From a bacterium (GTDB lineage Bacteria; Krumholzibacteriota; Krumholzibacteriia; G020349025), in contig JANLSU010000123.1 in the NCBI GenBank assembly GCA_031362565.1, positions 1 to 52,150 of the forward strand: DNA of 52,150 nt. The letters run 5' to 3'. Positions within the stretch are counted from its first letter, which is position 1; each line of letters opens with the position of its first letter. The notes beneath the pieces are model-generated. The model was not told the DNA's origin. It saw nothing but the letters and a program-made list of their open reading frames with translations, and ran no database searches. Positions 47,681 to 52,150 of this stretch are shown here, piece by piece. The translations under genes and the position numbers were made by a program.

Positions 47681-48492
47681 GCGAGTTCGAGTCACAGGCA
47701 CGGCCGGGTCCCGTTCACTTGGACGAGGACCGGTGCATCGACCTGTTGCACGGTCTTCTCGAGACCCCCGAGGTCGAGGCGATCGCGTCGCATGTCGCGC
47801 AGTGCGTGACGTGCGAGGCGCTGTTGCGAGACTGCGCCGCGGAGCGCGAGCGCGTTCGGGCCCAGGCCGCGGTGCGGCGCTCGACGTTGGGCGGTGATGG
47901 CGTCGGCGCTTCGCCCGCGCCACGCGGCGCCGACATCCGCAAGATTCATGGGTCGGAGTGGCGCGTGTTGGTGCCGTGGGCGATTGCGGCTTCGATTCTC
48001 CTGATTGCCGGACGCGGTGCGCTGCGGATGTTCGGCGACTCGCACGGGAATGCCGCTACAGCGCGCATCACGCCAGGTTGGATCATCGCGCCGCACGACG
48101 GCGTCGCGAACCGCGACGCACGCTCGGACTCCGCCGACGTCCTCGTCGACCGCGGGTTGGCGGCGTACGAAGCACATGATGTGGAGAGCGCCATTCGCCT
48201 GCTTTCGGCAGCCAAGGCGGAAGGCGAAATGGACCTCGTGCGCATCGTGTTTCTCGCCAGTGCGTTGACCTGGAAAGGCGACGCCGAATCGTTCGCCATA
48301 GCCGACCGCCTGCTCGCGAGCGTGGCGATCGACGACCTGCCGGATCCGTGGCGCGGCGAAGCGCTTTGGACGCGTGCCATCCTGCTTCGCCAGCAGAACA
48401 AGGCGTCCGAAGCCGACGCCTTGCTGCGAGCCCTTTCCAGCCGCACCGATGGCATCGGAGAACGCGCCCGCAAGACCCTGGACGCACGGTAA
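47677..48492 (+). CDS. Zinc-binding (ZAS/zf-HC2) transmembrane anti-sigma factor with periplasmic helical/TPR-like domain
   Basis: HLDE...HVAQCVTC (H-x3-C-x2-C), TM PWAIAASILLIAG. ATG overlaps the sigma stop (ATGA). Confidence 0.8.
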   Translation: MSEFESQARPGPVHLDEDRCIDLLHGLLETPEVEAIASHVAQCVTCEALLRDCAAERERVRAQAAVRRSTLGGDGVGASPAPRGADIRKIHGSEWRVLVPWAIAASILLIAGRGALRMFGDSHGNAATARITPGWIIAPHDGVANRDARSDSADVLVDRGLAAYEAHDVESAIRLLSAAKAEGEMDLVRIVFLASALTWKGDAESFAIADRLLASVAIDDLPDPWRGEALWTRAILLRQQNKASEADALLRALSSRTDGIGERARKTLDAR

Positions 48493-48501
48493 GATCTCCG
48501 C

Positions 48502-51024
48502 ATGGTTCGTTACCGTCCTTCGAGGCCCGGTGCCACGGGTGCCACCGGCGTCGACGTGCTTGCGCTTGGGGTGGGGCTCGCGGTCGCCGTCGCGACCGCG
48601 CTTGCCGTGCTCTCGGCCTGCGCGTCGCAATCCGCGCCACCGCCGGTGGCCGTTCGTGCATCCCGGCCGGTGCAGAACGTGCTGCGCGGGATCGATTCCC
48701 TGCGCGCCGTGCCCAACCTCGGCCGTGCTGTGGCCATGGGCGAGAGCCTGCTGGCGCGGTGCCGCACGAGCGACGCACTCCCCGCCTGGCAGTGCCACGA
48801 CGTGCAACGTCTCGTCGACACGCTGCATCACATCGCGGCACTCCCCGACTCGGCCCAGCGCACGCTGGCCGCCGTGCAACGCGCCACTGCCGCCGTGAAG
48901 GGCCTCGTGGCGGCGGACCATCCGACCCGTGCCTCGGACCTCGTGGCGTGGCAACTCGCGGTGCGCCGCAAACATCTCGGCGCCGAGCATGTGGAGACCG
49001 CGGCGACACTGCACGCACTCGCGGAACGCTGGATGGACCAGGTGAATGTGCCGCGCGCCGACGAGTGCGAGTCGGAGGCGCTCCGGATCCGCACCCGAGT
49101 CCTGGGCGCCCGCCATCCGGACGTCGCGGTGAGCCTGCGATCGCTGGCGAATATTCGCAAATCGGACCATCCGAAAGACCCCGAGATCGACCGGCTGTAT
49201 GCGGAAGCGCTGGCGATTCAACGCGAGTTCCCCGGCGTCGACGATCTCGAGGTTGCATGGACACTGAGTGCGACCGCGAATCTGTACCGCTCGCGCGGCC
49301 AAATCGATCGTGCCGTGCCGCTCTTCGAGGCAGCGATCGCGATTCGCCGCCGCGAACCGGCCGGCGACCCGGATGACCTGGCTGGGGCTCTTTCGGCACT
49401 TGCCACGACACACGCAGCTGCGGCTCATTGGCACGACTCCGAGCGCTGCCTTCGCGAAGCGCTGGCGATCCGGCGCCACATTCCAGGAGTGCGCGGCGAC
49501 AAGATGAGCTTCACGCTCAGTATGCTCGGTTCGGCGCTGCGAGCGCAGGGGCGGAACGCCCAGGCGGAGTCGGTGCTCGTGGAGGCGGCACAGATTCGCG
49601 AATTGGTCTGGCAAAAAGCGGGACCGGGACCGACCCGGGCGCGTGCCTATCGCTTGAGCAACTACTGGGAACTCGCGGCAGCGCAGCTGGCGCTCGACAA
49701 GCCCGTCGACGCTTGGTACGCGATGGAGCTCGGCACGTCGCGCGAACTCGTACACGCACTCGAGCGCCTGCGGCCGGAGCCGTTCCCGAAGGATTCGATC
49801 GCCGCGCGCGTCGTCGAACGGGTTCAGGCGACGATCCCCAAAGGGGCGGTTCTCATCGGCTGGCTCGAGGGCCGGCGGGGCGGCGGACACGCCTGGGAGT
49901 ATCCTTTTTGGTGCTACGCTCTCGAACCTACGGGCCCCATTCACTGGGTGCGTTGTGATGCGCCGCCGGATGAACCGTTGCGCTCGTCACATTTCGAACT
50001 CGAGCGCTGTATCCGCCGCCTGGGTCATTCCGCAGCCTGGCCGTATCGGGTTCCGGAATCCGACGACTTCAAACAGATGGCTCGCAGTGTGTACAAGCTG
50101 CGTCTCGCGCCGCTTGAACCTTGGATCGCCAACGCGGACCTGTTACTGGTGGATTCGCCCACCTTCGATCATGGTTTGCCGATCGAGGTTCTGGTCGATT
50201 CGACCGGCCACTACGTCGGTGAACGATTCGCAGTAGCGTACGAGCCTTCGGCGCTTTGGTATGCGCGGCGGCGCAGTTTCGGCCGCCGCGTGAGTGATCC
50301 AATGGCGTGGCGTGTGCTCGCCGTTGGCGATTCAGCGACAGTACGCCGGCGCGGCAAGACACTTCCGGCCCTGCCGCGCGTCGGTGGTGAAGTGCGTCAG
50401 GTCGCCTCGCTGTGGCCACGCCATACGATCTTATGGGGCGAACGGGCGACGGAGGGCGCACTGCGCGAGCTCCAGAGCCGCAAGGCGCTCGCGGAGTTCA
50501 ACCTGGTGCACATTGCGTCACATTCGTTCGGGGACTTCGACAATCCGGAAAAATCGGCGCTCGTGCTCGCGGTTCCCGCCGCGGCGGCCACTGCCGCCGC
50601 CGCGACTGCCAGCCTGCCCGCTGAACAAGGCCTCTTGACGGCCCTCGACATCGGCGATCATTGGCGGTTGCAGGCCGACCTGGTCTGCTTGAGCGGTTGC
50701 GAAACCGCCATGGGACGGAGTCGCGATACCGAAGGTATCGAAGGCTTGCAGTCGGCGATGCTCTGCGCCGGGGCGCGTTGTCTTTTGGCCAGTGCATGGC
50801 CGGTCGACGATCTCGCGACGTCACTGCTCTTGCGCCGCTTCTACAACAACTTGACCGGCACGGGTGTGCCACGCTTGCCGATGGCGGCAGCGCTTCGCGA
50901 TGCGAAGATGTGGGTGCGCACTTGGCGCGATCCAAACGGCGCATCACCGTTTGCGCATCCCACCTATTGGGCGGGCTTCGTCCTTATCGGCGATCCAGGC
51001 GAGATTCGCGCCGCGGGCCGCTGA
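48502..51024 (+). CDS. TPR-CHAT (caspase-like) protease, probably exported or a lipoprotein
   Basis: Hydrophobic N-terminus with LSA-C lipobox, TPR repeats (LGARHPDVAVSL), CHAT catalytic HIASH (His 50521) and LSGCET (Cys 50698), WPVDD, HPTYWAGFVLIGD. Confidence 0.85.
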   Translation: MVRYRPSRPGATGATGVDVLALGVGLAVAVATALAVLSACASQSAPPPVAVRASRPVQNVLRGIDSLRAVPNLGRAVAMGESLLARCRTSDALPAWQCHDVQRLVDTLHHIAALPDSAQRTLAAVQRATAAVKGLVAADHPTRASDLVAWQLAVRRKHLGAEHVETAATLHALAERWMDQVNVPRADECESEALRIRTRVLGARHPDVAVSLRSLANIRKSDHPKDPEIDRLYAEALAIQREFPGVDDLEVAWTLSATANLYRSRGQIDRAVPLFEAAIAIRRREPAGDPDDLAGALSALATTHAAAAHWHDSERCLREALAIRRHIPGVRGDKMSFTLSMLGSALRAQGRNAQAESVLVEAAQIRELVWQKAGPGPTRARAYRLSNYWELAAAQLALDKPVDAWYAMELGTSRELVHALERLRPEPFPKDSIAARVVERVQATIPKGAVLIGWLEGRRGGGHAWEYPFWCYALEPTGPIHWVRCDAPPDEPLRSSHFELERCIRRLGHSAAWPYRVPESDDFKQMARSVYKLRLAPLEPWIANADLLLVDSPTFDHGLPIEVLVDSTGHYVGERFAVAYEPSALWYARRRSFGRRVSDPMAWRVLAVGDSATVRRRGKTLPALPRVGGEVRQVASLWPRHTILWGERATEGALRELQSRKALAEFNLVHIASHSFGDFDNPEKSALVLAVPAAAATAAAATASLPAEQGLLTALDIGDHWRLQADLVCLSGCETAMGRSRDTEGIEGLQSAMLCAGARCLLASAWPVDDLATSLLLRRFYNNLTGTGVPRLPMAAALRDAKMWVRTWRDPNGASPFAHPTYWAGFVLIGDPGEIRAAGR

Positions 51025-52150
51025 GCTGGTGGCGCAGTTCCGCCGCCGTTTCCGCGACCGGTACACCCAGTGCGGCGATGAAATCACGCTGCGCCGACGG
51101 CCGTGGACCGCCGGCCGCAATGGCACCGGTGACGGCAAGTCCGATACGCGGCCATTCGATCTGCGCCAGGTCGTCGTCGATGACGAGGATGTCCAGGGCC
51201 TTGTCGTCCAGATGCTGCGTGCAGGCATTCACCAGGAGCTGCAATGCGTCTTCGAAGGGCCGGTCCGTAACGGCGTCGAATCGCAGGCACAAACAGGCAT
51301 CCTCGCAACCTGCCAGCACCGCGCCAAATTCACCGACGATGCGATCCACATCAGTCGCGTCGTCCCAGCGCGGCCAGGCGACAATGCGCTGTTCCTTGAC
51401 GGTGCCGAGCGCAATGGGCTCGAGCTTGGTGGTTGGGTCGGCGGCGGATGCCGCCAGATCGAAGGGCCACTTGGCAGCATGCACCGTGGTGCCGTTGTAA
51501 CGGCCGGTCACCGCGCGCCCATTCTTGATGTTCATCGGCTCACGCAGGAAGGCCTTGCCGCCGCGGAAATCGGACATGAGCGGCGTCGTGTACACGCAGT
51601 CCGTGAAGTAGTAATGCGTCACCTGGGTGTGGCGCGACCGGGACGGGTCGAGGATCGGCGATCCGCCATGAAACAAGTTGGCGGACCACACGAGCGCCTG
51701 CCCTTTTTTGACCTGCAGTTCCGTCCGCCGCAGCCCTTTGGACTTGGCAATCGATTCGATGAAGTCCTCGTAAAGAACATAGTGTTCGTAGGGATTACTT
51801 TGCTGGCTGGCGCTGATTCCCAAGTCGTGCATGTCGTAGAGCGGCAAGCGTTGGCTGCCCGGGTAGTAGTGCAACGGCCCGTTCGTGAGGTCGATGTCTT
51901 CGAGCGCCACCCACACGCCGCACATGAAGTGATGCGGGAAACAATGAAAGTGAATCGTGTCGCTGTGCGTCCGCTGCTGCGTGCCGAGCGGAAAATTGAG
52001 TGTTTGGAAAGGCACCGGCTGGCGGCGGTAGAGGAAATAGAGGAGATCCAGCACTTTGGGGTCGGAGGCGATCCGGCGCGAGTGGTCACTGAACTGCCAA
52101 CTGTCCTGAATCCGGCCTGGGCTGGAATACGCCCCGCCGCCGCCGTCGCG
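50984..52150 (-). CDS. Phytanoyl-CoA dioxygenase (PhyH) family Fe(II)/2OG oxygenase with C-terminal extension, 5'-partial
   Basis: Frame stays open to the window end (RIQDSW...). QRTHSD (HxD), GVWVALED, NGPLHYYPGS, FHGG, SRHTQVTHY. Overlaps the CHAT gene end convergently by 41 nt. Confidence 0.8.
   Translation of the reverse strand, partial: RDGGGGAYSSPGRIQDSWQFSDHSRRIASDPKVLDLLYFLYRRQPVPFQTLNFPLGTQQRTHSDTIHFHCFPHHFMCGVWVALEDIDLTNGPLHYYPGSQRLPLYDMHDLGISASQQSNPYEHYVLYEDFIESIAKSKGLRRTELQVKKGQALVWSANLFHGGSPILDPSRSRHTQVTHYYFTDCVYTTPLMSDFRGGKAFLREPMNIKNGRAVTGRYNGTTVHAAKWPFDLAASAADPTTKLEPIALGTVKEQRIVAWPRWDDATDVDRIVGEFGAVLAGCEDACLCLRFDAVTDRPFEDALQLLVNACTQHLDDKALDILVIDDDLAQIEWPRIGLAVTGAIAAGGPRPSAQRDFIAALGVPVAETAAELRHQLSGPRRESRLDRR

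Noticed and set aside
48502..51024. Type III-E CRISPR (Craspase) locus
   Set aside because: No cas7-11, csx30/csx31, cas1 or repeat array in the window. Only the sigma-protease logic is analogous.

Overview
High-GC bacterial chromosomal window with about 39 protein-coding genes. I found no rRNA, tRNA, CRISPR array, transposase or integrase. Three secreted proteins end in FlgD/T9SS-CTD-like Ig domains and two small secreted proteins end in a 'VGVE...K.LY' tail. This suggests an FCB-related candidate phylum such as Krumholzibacteriota, Latescibacterota or Eisenbacteria (inference only). Left to right: two divergent paralogous secreted putative glycoside hydrolases (GHL15-like + CBM4/9-like + FlgD-like); an M1 aminopeptidase; a secreted Asp-box propeller protein; a fragmented 2-oxoacid dehydrogenase cluster (lpdA ... 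E1beta-E2-GT-C-lipB-methyltransferase-CDF, no E1alpha); small exported proteins (DUF4114, a porin-like barrel) and fluC; an orphan family-5 solute-binding protein; an ADP-forming acyl-CoA ligase; a D,D-carboxypeptidase; a Ser/Thr kinase-STAND ATPase-TPR protein; a ZU5-like lipoprotein; a SirB1-like protein; a three-gene two-component operon; a ccsA/hemX-hemA-hemC-hemD-hemB operon; DUF1684; two tandem GT-C glycosyltransferases; an ECF sigma / zinc anti-sigma / TPR-CHAT protease module; and a partial PhyH-family dioxygenase. Most interesting leads: (1) the CRISPR-free ECF sigma-anti-sigma-exported CHAT protease module; (2) the short C-terminal 'VGVE-x6-7-K-x-LY' putative sorting signal; (3) five sigma54-type -24/-12 promoters in front of small exported or signalling genes; (4) a ZU5-like lipoprotein with an HFS autoproteolysis motif next to a kinase-STAND-TPR protein. 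All family assignments come from motif recognition by eye, not database searches.
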